DNA from: Trichoplax adhaerens
Taxonomy: Eukaryota; Animalia; Placozoa
Assembly (NCBI RefSeq): GCF_000150275.1
Contig: NW_002060971.1
Span: 413,212-477,211, forward strand
Direction of reading: 5' to 3'
Length of the DNA: 64,000 bases
Below, in pieces: positions 27,346 to 40,400 of the stretch (positions within the stretch are counted from its first letter, which is position 1; each line of letters opens with the position of its first letter). The notes beneath the pieces were generated by a model. That model ran no database searches. It was given only the letters and a program-made list of their open reading frames with translations, and had not been told where the DNA came from. Made by a program: the position numbers and the translations under genes.

Positions 27346-28039
27346 TTTGAAGATAAGTTTAACTCATAATAATATAATATATTATATCTTGCAAGCTTTA
27401 ACATTACTCTTGATTGTAACACGCTTGCAGAGGTTCAACAAGTTAAGACTAGGCTGCATAATTGAATTGGGGAAAATAATAGAAGACGATACCGTTTACT
27501 ACTATACTCGGTAGATTGTTGGAAGTCTATCAGATATGGTTAATGGCATTATGTAGAATAATTCCCATTGCCTCGCTGATTATTTATTGACTGGAACATC
27601 CATTCTTCATTAAAGTTCCTGATCTTAAAACATGAAATCGAGTTTGATTATGATTAGGTAATCATGCCATCATTTTAATGCAACTTTATTTTGTACATAT
27701 ATATGTACATTGATCGAGACAGTACAAGTTGAGAGCAGCCATTGCAGTTATTCTTTCTATTTAATTAACTTATCTAAGACTGATCCATGATAACTTATTA
27801 ATGACGAAATTGAGCCACTGACGTAACCAAATTTAGATAGGATAAATCTGCTAACATTCTTTACTTTTTTTTTACTTAACTTTTATCTTCTATGTATGCA
27901 ATACTTGAGATAAAGTATGGCAATTAAAGTCATTACAGCGACTTGTAAGATCCTGTTTTATAGTTGATAGCAACTGCTACATTTGCAAGTAGTACTCATT
28001 GACGTAGGAAAAATCAGACCAAGTTTGGATTGTAACGTT

Positions 28040-28152
28040 TACTGTTATTCCTAGAACTTTATCCTATTTTACTGATTGATTCTGGGCGATTCTTAACGTT
28101 TGTAGTCTCGCTCGCAACTTTATCCATTTTACTGATTGATTTCTTGGTGATA
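28040..28152. repeat. Tandem duplication of about 60 bp (2 copies)
   Basis: aactttatcc(t)attttactgattgatt(t)ct.gg.gat occurs at about 28056 and 28117. Confidence 0.75.
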
Positions 28153-31100
28153 GTTTATACTTTAAGACTTTATCAAAATTGTATGACCTTTGGGGTAAAT
28201 TAAACAAGGTTTAGATCCGATGGTGTATATCGACTATTTATACACCAAGCAATTTTATCTTAAATTATATATGCTTATGGCATTAATAAAGACAGCGTTT
28301 GACCGTTGCAGTTATTAGAGTAATAAAACAGTCCCACATATTAATCGAAACTTTTATCACCTAGCTAAGTTAATGAGCAAAATCTATCTTTTAAAATAGT
28401 ACCTAAGGCTGATATTTTCAGGGTTGAGCTAGTTACACAAGTTGTAGACCTCATACATGAGGATAATGTGGATAGCAAATCTGTTTGTAGGCCTATGGTC
28501 ATGAGAAGTTAGAATGGAAATGTCCTATAAAATTCATAATTCATCGCATATTTACTAGTTATACTATAAATATTTGGGTAAACGTTACTCATAAGTTAAA
28601 TTTATGATCTAGTGTGACATTGCTGGTTATATGACACGGAGTTGAAAGACTTCTGAGCTTATTCATGATTTAACTATAAAACTGGTAAGTGCTTTTACAT
28701 TACTATATAATAATATGATAAAATGCTGCTTCTAAAATATTCTCAGTATTATAAATTGACTATGATAATGTAAAATAAAAAGTAAAAGTACAAACAGACA
28801 TACAGTACGCTATGTATAATGAGTGTAGGCTCTACTAGTAAAACTTAAAAGAAAGTAAGACAGATAATTTACATTTGATAGCATGTAGAGATAACTAAAT
28901 CCTTCTTTTAGCATTTTCTTGTTTATGACTATTCATAACATTGCAACATTACTATGAATCAATATATTCAAAAATATGACCCATTAATGCATCGCTAACA
29001 TACCCTCTTGCACTATCCCATAGGCTATAAGCATTTATAGGACTTAATCTTGTGCATAATTACACTAATTATTAGTTTATAGTATAGATGATGAGGTGTC
29101 TTTATTCAGAGTCAGTCCTAAACAACTAAACTAATAATGACGAAAAATTCTCATCTTAAACTTCTTATTGGCTAACTAGATAAATAATTATAATCTATTG
29201 ATTATATAGGCATAGTATATATACGCGTAATGGGGTGTAATATGTATCGCCAATAGTAACAATTTAATTTTAATTTTATTTACTACACAGTAGTCTTGCC
29301 AACAATTTGATAGCTTTAATAACAAAATGAGAAGGGCAGGGCTAAGTTGTTCTCCCAATTACGTAAAAGATGAAGACTACATGAGAAAGAAATGTACTAT
29401 TGATATTGTAATAAAGTCAATGAAAGATGATATTGCTCATCATTCATTGTTCAGGCTCAAGACTACATTGTTGGCTAACTTACAATTAAACTATTGATGA
29501 TTGGAAAGTAATCAATAATAGCATTTCTGTCTAATGAAAACAAATAAGGCAATCTACATGTAACTAGCCCTAGCTATTGTTATCTTCTGTTGAATCATAA
29601 TTTGGTATAGTTAAGATCCAATTTACTTTTAAACTTTTGGTCTTGTTTATATAATCTTCGAATTTCATATCGTTAGACAAGCCAATAGCAAGATGATGAG
29701 ACTTTATACCGCTGATTTGTTATCATATTTTTCAAGTAGGGATGAGTCTATGATGCGTAAATGAACCAAATCTTTTGACGTTAGTACTGATTCAGTTTTA
29801 AGAATATTTCTGGGTGCATTACTTTGTTTTAAAGTTAAAATTGGCATTTATAAACTGGCTTGTAGTCCTTATTATCAATAGTCGATAGTTATGGTTACCA
29901 ATTGTCATAATATAATGTTCTTTTAAGAACTCTTTCTAGTCTTAAATAGTTTAAATAATATTGAAATTCTGACACATCTTTTGATTCTTTATTTACTAGA
30001 TATAAAAAGTTAAAATTTAAACCAACTGGTTATTTATTATTAGTAGCGGAAAATGAAATGAAATCAAATTCAAGGGTCATGATATCATGCACATTAACAA
30101 ACATTATCTTCATATATTTTGTCTCAAGGGGTTGAACTATTGACTTGCTATTAACTCGTTTATGCTATATAGATGAGACTGGAAGTCTTAGAAGCAGGTC
30201 TCAATCAAAGGCTTGTTCCACGTGTATGATTTCATACATATGTTGAGAAGTAGTAATAATATCATTAACGAGAATAACCAGAATTATTGGATTCGAATGC
30301 TTGATTTTAAATAGATTATAATCTAGGTCGATTTAGCCCATTTTAAGAGATTAAAACTATCAATTAAATTGTAGCCAGAAGTTCTCTTAGTTGTTCTTCA
30401 TCATTAAAGGCTTCAAATTGATTTTTAAGTTGATGAGTGATAAATTTATTATCAAGACCTAAATTAATTTGATTGCTTTAAAAGATCGAAAGTCTAAAGT
30501 AGATATTTATATAATCTTGCTACGAATTGGCTATTGCTACGTAAGTAACTTGACCATTGGTATTTAAATAATTACATTTTAATTAATAAGATCTTGAATC
30601 AAGATAGTCTAGTTCGAGACATCCGTAGGTTATATGATGCTATACCTGTATTACCGAAATCTAAATATATTATAAGTGCAAAGTTATAGTCTGAATTTGA
30701 GGTTCTAGCTTTGAAAATATGCGAACAATTGCGTGCCTAATTAAGTTACCAGCATGCTTTAACATCAGAGTGACTTAGACTTCAAAATGAATTTAGATGA
30801 TGCATGCTAATGCTTTTATTAAACTTTAGATATAAAATACATCCACTTGTATATCACTTTTAATCGAGAACCAGCTATTTCCTCATCAGCTAAGAACTTA
30901 ATTCTATATAACTTTATAACAAAGTCACGGATTAACTCAAGTGTATCATAACTTGAAATTAAGAACAAGTTATTATTAAAATGCACCACAATTATCTCAA
31001 TGATACATTTAAACTTCACCAAAAATTCAAAAAATTTAGAATATTTATGCAGTAGTAGTTCATGTTCATACTAGTAAAATTCTAGCCTAGCCCTGAGGCA

Positions 31101-31214
31101 TATTGAAATAGATAATTAATATATACTTAAAATAAAAATTGATATATCTGGCTACTATTACTATATCGAAATATTTCTAAAGCTAATACATAATATTTGA
31201 ATAATGGTAAAACA

Positions 31215-31465
31215 CTAATTTCTTATTTGGCACTTGCATGATTCAATAACCAAAACGGAAACATCCTTATTTGGTCCATTATGACATTGCGTTGCAACCG
31301 AGACTATTTTAGTTTTTTCGGCTTTGCAACAGTGCGCTCCAACTTCGCAGCCACCTTCACATTTTCCAACGTCTACTTTATTGGCTGACTGGCATGTATT
31401 TTCCGTATTAGTAATGTAATTTCTTTGAGAAAGTCGTCTGCATTCGCGTGGCTTACCCACACCGC
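31215..31465 (-). other. C-terminal cystine-knot (CTCK/DAN-like) domain exon
   Basis: [32 protein letters not shown] contains the CxGxC and CxC knot motifs; 9 Cys in total. Confidence 0.85.
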
Positions 31466-34400
31466 CTATTTGTTTTCACCAAATAATTAAAGAGCATTGA
31501 GTCAACTATTTCTAAAATTTGCTAAGTATAACTATTCTTAGAATCAAGGCATAGTACTTACCGTCAGCACATTTTCCATCATAAAGAATTGAAATATTTT
31601 TCTTATCATTGCAGGCTGCTGCTTGCAAATGGCATTCACTGTCGTAGTCGATATTATCGGTACCGCAAACTGGCGCTATAGTAACTTCTCCACATTTACG
31701 ACATGTACACCGAGGATTATTAGAATCATCAATGGTACATTCAGCTTGATAGGCGCAATTAATATTTCGACATAGTTCTAAGTCATGTATGAAATAACAT
31801 ATTATTAATATGAAGCAAACGGTATTGAATATTCTTCTTAGCAAACTTATATCGCGAAATAACTTTATATTTGTACTTTAAAAATTACCTTCAGCACATG
31901 CGGGCATATTGCATGGTTTATACTGTTTCAGGCTTGGGCATTGTTTACCGTTATCATTAATAATTTTCCTAGTCCGCTCTTTTTGGCTATCGCCGCACGT
32001 TGACGAACAAGCGCTCCAACTGCCCCATTGAGATACCATACATTCTGTAGCCCAGAAAGTTAAATTTGTGTGATGGTATAAATACTTTACTTCAGTTTCA
32101 TTATAAATACAGTCATTACTACACAATGTATAATTTTATTATGCGATATCACCGACCGATGACTATTTAAATAATGTTCTTGTAGTGTCCGCATTTACCT
32201 GGATCACAAGCACCGTTGTATTCTAGTTGTACGCTCTTGACAAATCTACAATTTGTTTTCTTAAGCTGACATTCACTACTGTAGGTAATGCCATCAGATC
32301 CGCATACTTGGGTGTTGTTAATGTTGATGTTTGCATTGGGATTATCTTCAGGGCAAACAGGGCAATCACAAACTGGCCTGTTGAGCGTCGTATTCATCTT
32401 GCATACACCATTATTATTGCAAATGACGTTCGCACAAGAAGCTGCAACAAAACAACAAGCTATGTTTTAGAGCTTCGAAAGTGCAATGTTAGCGAGCAAG
32501 AAAGATGCAGTTGACAATAGTTGTGCTATAAATTGCAAGTTCTTTGAATGAATTATCGGCTATGACTATTATTATTGCGCTTACTTTCACATCTTCCAAA
32601 ATATTCGATACCGGTATATGTTCCGTAAACGCAGTTAAGCGTTTCTAAATCTCGAATGCTTTGATAGGTTACACCATCAGTGCCACAAATTTGTCCTTGA
32701 CGGTCAGAACAGAGTTGGCAAGAGCACGTGCACTTTGGCAAATTATTTTCGTCGACTGAGCATGAGCTGCCAGGTAATTTGCAAACATCTGGTCGACAAA
32801 TTTCTACGTATTTTTTAAAAAGAGAAAGCAAGGGAATGGATTATAAATTTTTAGATGCATATATTAAGAAATTGCCAAGACAAGGCTTACGCTCGCAAGT
32901 TTTGCCATCGCCGCGATAACCATGAAGACATTGACATTTATATCCGCCGATGGTATTAACACAGTCAGCTAGTGGGCTACATTGATATTGCATTGTTGCA
33001 CATTCGTCAACATCTAATTTCGTCATAACAATGTCATGTATTATTAAATTGTGGAATCAATATAGTCTCTCAATGAATGTTACCAAATAAAAAGGCCTTA
33101 TAAATGATTTAAACAATTAATACTCACCGCTACAAGAATAACCATTACCAGTCCAACCGTTTTTACACTCACACTTGATAATATCGCCAATCCGAGAGCA
33201 TGTCGCATTAGGATGGCAATTAGATTTCTCTAGTACAGTACATACTTGAGGTTGCATTTCTGTACCCAGGATTTCAAAAAATAAACAGTAATCAGTTACT
33301 TTTAGTTATTTTAAAGCCATCATTTACTGCAGTTTTCTTGGGCTGGTGTGTCAGAAAGAAGTCAATTAATATACCTATGCATGTTTTGCCGTCTCCTGTG
33401 TACCCTGATTTGCATTTACACTGGTAAGTTCCAGCTGTATTGATACAATCAGCGTGAGTATCGCATTCATCCAGGCCAGCTGAACATTCGTTTACATCTA
33501 TGAAAGAAATTGTAAATCTTTAACTTCATAGCTAAAAATGCGTTATAAAGTATTATTTTACTGCTGGTCATAACAATTAATAGATTATGATATTCTAGCT
33601 ACATGCATACCAACGCATGTATTGCCTATATGGCGATAACCGTCGTTACAAATACAGGTATAAGATGCCGGCAGGTTAACACAGAAACCATTATAGCATA
33701 AGTTGCTAGTAACCACACACTCATTGATATCTTGTTAAAGATCAAAATATTGAAAATATGAGTTATATTAGTTTGATTATATTGTATGTAAGCATTTGAA
33801 AAGCTTACCGACGCAGCTGGTATTGTCCGCGGAGACGACATAGCCATCTCGACATTTGCATCGATATCCACCGGCTAAATTGATACATGTTTCATTCACT
33901 TGACAGGCGTGTATGTCCTCGCATTCGTTTATATCTAGTTGAAGGGTAATATTTGATTTAGAAATATGCATAACAGGATCTGACCTGCAAGATTCTCGAA
34001 TATTGTATAAGCGATTGTGTAACCGAAAATTTACCTTCGCACTCGGTACCATTCCCTCTAAAACCATGTTTACACTTGCAGAAATAGGAACCTTTAGTAT
34101 TTTGACATGTAGCGTTGACATGGCATGGAGATTTCCCTTCCGTGCACTCATCGATGTCTAAATGGTATAAATGTAGTGATTACTAATCAATAAGCTTTGC
34201 TATAGTGCAATATCATACCGATATTGAAAGCTCTCATTAGAGTTAATAAAAGTTTATCATAATAAAAATAAGTAGATAGAGCTAATAACCTACCTTCGCA
34301 AATTTGTCCATTACCCTTATAACCAGGTTTACAGATACATTTATATGAACCTTCTGATAAAAGAATACAGGTTGCATCTGCATCACAGTCATTACCACCT

Positions 34401-37400
34401 CCACTGCTGCAGTAATTTATGCCTAGCACAGATCAGATATATTACTATTTGCTTTTCCAGGACAAATTCGATTTTATATATTTAAATATTGACAAGAAAG
34501 GAAATGATTAATATGGATTAGGGATATATTTACCAATGCACTTTATCCCATCGCCCACATAACCAGACTGACACTGACAAGTGTAGGTACCAGGGAGATT
34601 AGTGCAATCGGAATCTTTACTACATTTGTTGAGCGGACTGGCACATTCGTTGATATCTACGTAAAGTGATAGAATTATTCCTGTATTCAAAAAGCCTATC
34701 TAGTTTATTAGGTTTTATAAAATAATTAGAAATGTATACCATCACATGAAGTTCCATTTCCGGTATATCCAGAGTCACATTGACATGTAAACGATCCTGC
34801 TGTATTAGTGCAAGTTGCCTTGCTATGGCAATTATGGTCTCCAGTTGCGCATTCATTTATATCTGGAGAGGTAGAAATTTATATTTATAAACTACAAATT
34901 ATCCTTTTAGGGGTATCAGCAGCCAACTGAGCTTGTTACCTTGACAGAACCAACAGTTTCCTTCATATCCAGGTTTGCATGTGCACTTGTATGATCCAGG
35001 TTCATTGACACATACAGCAAATTGTGAAACGAGAAAAACTTCGCATTCATTTATATCTAATGGGAGGAATACGTTACAAAATTTGTCATGTATATTTCAC
35101 AATTCACAATCTCCAATTAATAGTCAAAATAGAAGCGCTTATAGCTAATAGTAAATGTAGGAATTACCGTTGCAGCTTTGACCGTTACCATAAAATCCTG
35201 AATTACAAACACATTGGTATTGGCCGGAAACGTAAGAGCAACTTGCGTTTTGTCCACACTGGCTTGAAACTGAGCTAGGGCAAAAATCGCTTGGGGTACC
35301 TATGTAAATGTGTATGTACATAGTTATGCAAAGGCAGTTAATATATAAATGCAATTATCTACGCTTCAATCATGCTATTTATAGCTCATTTAATAATATG
35401 CCAGACTCGAGGATGTACCTTTCAAACAGTTACCATTTACAAGTGTGAAACCAGCTTGACAACTGCAAGAATAGCTACCGACTGTATTAGCACAGATAGA
35501 GTTATTGCCGCAGATATTTGATATTTGGCATTCATTGATATCTGATGTGAAAGATGGAGAAAATGAAAATATTTACAAAATTATCTGACGAATACAAATT
35601 TTATTATTATTATCTGAAAACATACCGGTACAAAGCACTCCTGAGCCACTATAGCCACTTCTACAAGTGCAAGTGTGTGATCCAATGGTATTAATACAAT
35701 TAGCGTAAACACTGCAGCTATCTAAATTCTCTGTACATTCATCGATATCTACAAAAGTGGAAATAGAAAATGTTTACGATGATATGTTCAGCTTACAGGT
35801 AGCTTATTGATATTTGTAAAATAAAATTACCATCGCAATCACGGCCAGGAGCTGCGGCACTATTATCACGGTATCCGGATTTACATGTACAATCGTAACT
35901 GCCATCAGTATCAGCACAAATTGCATTTGGACTGCACTCATTTAGTGATGGTAGAGCACATTCATTGATTTCTAGATGACAGTTTGATTACAGCCGTTTC
36001 GAATCGATTAAATGTTAATTACCTAACGATATTTATTATTCATTTTGTACTTCTGCTTTTATTTCAAAATCAATTTCAATTGTATAACTTACGTTGACAA
36101 GTTATTCCATCACCGACGTAGCCCGTCTTGCAAACGCATTTATACTTGCCTCCTTGATAGATACATTCAGCAGCTGCGATGCAATCATTACCTCCTATAG
36201 TGCAGTGGCCAGGATCATTTTGGGTAACTTGATCACATATTTTGCCATCACCTGAATATCCTGTCTTACACTGGCATTGATATGATCCATCCGTATTGAC
36301 ACAATCAGCATTCGATGAACATTGAGCAGTGCCAATTATACACTCGTTTATGTCTGTATTATATATGATAAATATTAGCATATAAATTCTAGTATAAAAA
36401 TTGACGAAGAATATTAAATTAACGCTGAAAAATGGTAAATTGAATACAATACCGTAGCAATTGCCACTAGCGGATTCTGTGTAGCCATCTTTACATTTGC
36501 AATGATAGGAACCGATGGTATTATTGCAAGTACTATCGTAATTGCAAGCTCCAGTAGAAGCCTGGCATTCATCAATATCTAAACCAGAATATAAATTTAA
36601 TTTTAATAAACTGCAATTTTACTTTAACGTAGCATAGATCAAAGCCCGATAGAAAACCACTATGCTTACCGGAGCATGACCTCCCATCACCAGTATATCC
36701 AGGTGAACACTTGCATTCGTACGATCCCCACTGATTAATACATTTTGCATTGACATGACAATTGTCAATTCCGAGAAAGCATTCATTGACATCTGTAATA
36801 GTAGCCGAAATATTATAATTAAGTATCTGTTAATAACCAACGTAAGTTAAGGAGCGATACATAAAAACTGACCATAACAAATTCGTCCGTCACCGTGAAG
36901 ACCAGGCTTACAACTACATGTGTAGGAGCCAATAGTATTGTAACATATCGCGTTTGCATCGCATTTACTTAAGCCAGCGAGACATTCATCGATATCTAAA
37001 ACAAAATAAGTATCGGTACTAGGCTTACCAAACAATCAATGAGAATTATGCGGTATTTTAAACAAAACTATCATTACGGCAGTAATAGCTCCAATTTACC
37101 TTCGCAAGCCTCACAATGTCCTATAAAACCAGAGTTACACACACATTTATAGGATCCAATCGTATTAACACAACGTGCATTTGCTTTACAATTTGCTGTT
37201 CCAGTAGTGCATTCATCAATATCTACAGCAATACATACATAAAAAATATTCAAACCTTCTACTGCACCTAAATCTTTGAACAGAATTGAAGTATTATTTT
37301 AGCAAAGTATGCCTACCAGTACACTGTAGGCCGTCACCGCTAAAGCCATCTTGACATGCACAAGTAAAGGATCCGATAGTATTTGTACAAATAGCATGAG

Positions 37401-40400
37401 CATGACAGTTATCAGTATTAAGGGCACATTCCGGAATATCTATAAATAGAATGAGCGATTGAAAATTTCAATTATTTTGAAATCATACTGTAAATTTATT
37501 TGCAATTATTGAGATGAATTGTGCCTTGTATGTGAATATTTAATAATAGCATCATCGATGAAATGGATTAAAGATTCTAGCGATAGTTCGGTGGTTCTAT
37601 TACCTTTGCAGTTATCCCCATCTCGAGTGAATCCGTTTCCACAGACACACTCATAAGATCCAGGATTGTTGATACAAGTTGAATTTCCAACGTTAATGCA
37701 AGCATTGCTATCGTCACATTCATTTATGTCTAAATTATTGAAATAATAACATTAATTACAAGTCTTTATAGTTACTATTTCTGATGGTGCTTAGTTATTA
37801 TTTTCTCTGAAGCTTAAATAAGTAGTTCATAGTCAAGATGTGGCGGTATTTATCCATCAAAATAAGAAATAGGATAATTTACCGTCACAGTTATCTCCAT
37901 TATATCCTTGATTACAAACACAGGTATAAGAACCAACTGAATTTTCACATGTAGAGTGTTGCGGGCATGCATTAGCATTGTTACACTCGTCAATGTCTAA
38001 GATGACACGAAATGGTAAAAACAGCAGAGTTTAAGATAATTAGACGTTGAAAAAAATTTAATCAGTCTATAATTGTGATCTTACCTTCGCAACTTTTACC
38101 ATCACCACTATAACCCGCTTTACAAACACAAGAATAGCTACCGGGGTTATTGACACAATTAGCGTTCTCGTTACATTGATCTTTCATTTCAAGACATTCG
38201 TCAACATCTACATTTATCCAAATTAAGACACCTTGTTTAAATTAAGACTTTATGGTACCGCTAGAAGTTAGTTATAAGTGTATCTAGAGTGATAAATTAT
38301 TAACTGATTTATCTAACTATACCCTGACAAGTTTTTCCATCGCTGCCTTTTTTGTAGCCATTACTACAATTACACATATAACTTCCAACCGTATTTAAAC
38401 ATATAGTATTATTTTTGCAGCTATTCGTACTAGTTTTGTTACATTCATCAATGTCTAAAAGACAAAAAATTCAATAAACACAGATATAAATGATTCTGAT
38501 TATAAGTTCAATTAATATTATTATTATGGCAGGAAAGTTACCATCGCATGATTGACCATTGCCTGTATATCCGTTGCGACAGTTACAAGTAAATGAACCA
38601 TCGTTGTTTACACAGGTTGCTTGTACATCGCAGTTATGACTATTTTCGGCACATTCATCGATGTCTATATCAATACGAGAAATATCGATAATAAGTTAAT
38701 AACATGGTAATTATAATAATGACTGCTGCCATATATAAAATCTATCCCTTGCGGTATAAAATATAAATCAGAGAGATGCAGGCCATTTACTAGAACATAA
38801 TCACCTTTACAACTGCTACCATCACTTCGGTAGCCATTAAGGCACGAGCATTGGTATGAACCAAAAGTATTAACGCACTGAGCATTGCTTCCACAAATGC
38901 CACTCATTTTGCACTCGTCGTCATCTTAATATTAAAAGTAAGGTATTTTAGTCTTAATGCAATTAAAGTTCTTATGCGTCATTGTAACAACATCTACATG
39001 CAGTTAGGTTCATTTAATAGATTAGCAAATGCTAGAAATCGATAAATATTTATTAACCTGTACAGTTAACTCCACTGCCAACAAAGCCAATTCTGCATTT
39101 ACATGTAAAACTACCAGCTGTATTGACACAATCAGCATTTGCATGGCAGTTGTCAGCGCCATTTCGACATTCATCAATATCAGTACATGAAAGTCCGTCG
39201 CCAGTGAAGCCCGATTTACAAGAGCAATCATATGAACCGATATTGTCAATGCAAAGTGCATCTTTATGACATTTATTAGGTTCAGCACATTCATCAATAT
39301 CTAGTGTTGTATTAAAAAAACATCGGATTAATTATTCTGCTTATCCATTGCTTATAAGATTCGAATTTGATATTTTAATATTACTGTAATATATTTAAGC
39401 TCGAGGTGGCCGAATAATTTTAGGTTATAGGTTTTTATATCTTACTTGTACAGGTTTTTCCATTTCCAGTATATCCGCTATTGCATGTGCATGTGAATCC
39501 ATTTCCAGCTGGGGTGCAATAAGCATTAGCGTCACAGTCACTTTGTCCAGCTTTGCATTTGTCTATAGCTATTTTGATAGACAATATGAAATTGTCAAGG
39601 GCGAGAAGTCAAAAACAAGAAGTAGTCTATTTTAAACATTTTATCATGTTTAAGTTGCAGGTAGACAACATTTCATAAATATACTTACTAAAATTTTAAA
39701 CATTTAACCGAATGAAACGAAATTTAAAATATCAAATTGCGATTGAACTATTTTTATTCGAGGCTCAGTTTAAGGCCTAAATTCCATGAGGTATAATAGT
39801 GTATATGCAACTTTAGATATAATCTAAATTTCTGTTTAAACATCATTGAAAATTTTCGTTTAGTACAATTTACCTGAGCATGTGTAGCCATTACCGGTAA
39901 AACCAGGCTTACAACTACACTGGTATGAACCAGGGGTATTAACACAATTTGCGTTCTGACTACATCGGTTGTCGGAGCTCCTTTGACATTCATTTGTATC
40001 TATAGACATATATTTATTACAAGCAAGTTATGGATTATGCAAGTTCTTATAAAGAGGACTGTAGCATGGTGTTTTTAGTAATTACTTTAAGTGTGCTAGA
40101 CTACGACTACATTAAGCCCAATTTTCATCGGTTAAAGCACTTACCATTACATACTAATCCATCTCCAGTATATCCTGTATTACATTGGCATTTATAGCTT
40201 CCAATTTGGTTAACGCATGTTGCATACGGACTGCATTGGGCTGATCGTTTCACGCATTCATTAATGTCTAAAAATTGAGTGGAATTTAGAAACGTGCGCT
40301 GATGCCAGTTGTGTATAATGTTGATCAATGTACAATTTAATATCAAGAGTTGAAATAACTAATATAATTTGATCAATTGTTAGAGTGTAATATAATAATA

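Noticed and set aside
32907-32915. RGD integrin motif in the last EGF (GYRGDG)
   Set aside because: It falls in the generic G[YF]xG[DN]G EGF consensus; with about 56 EGFs an Arg at x is expected by chance.
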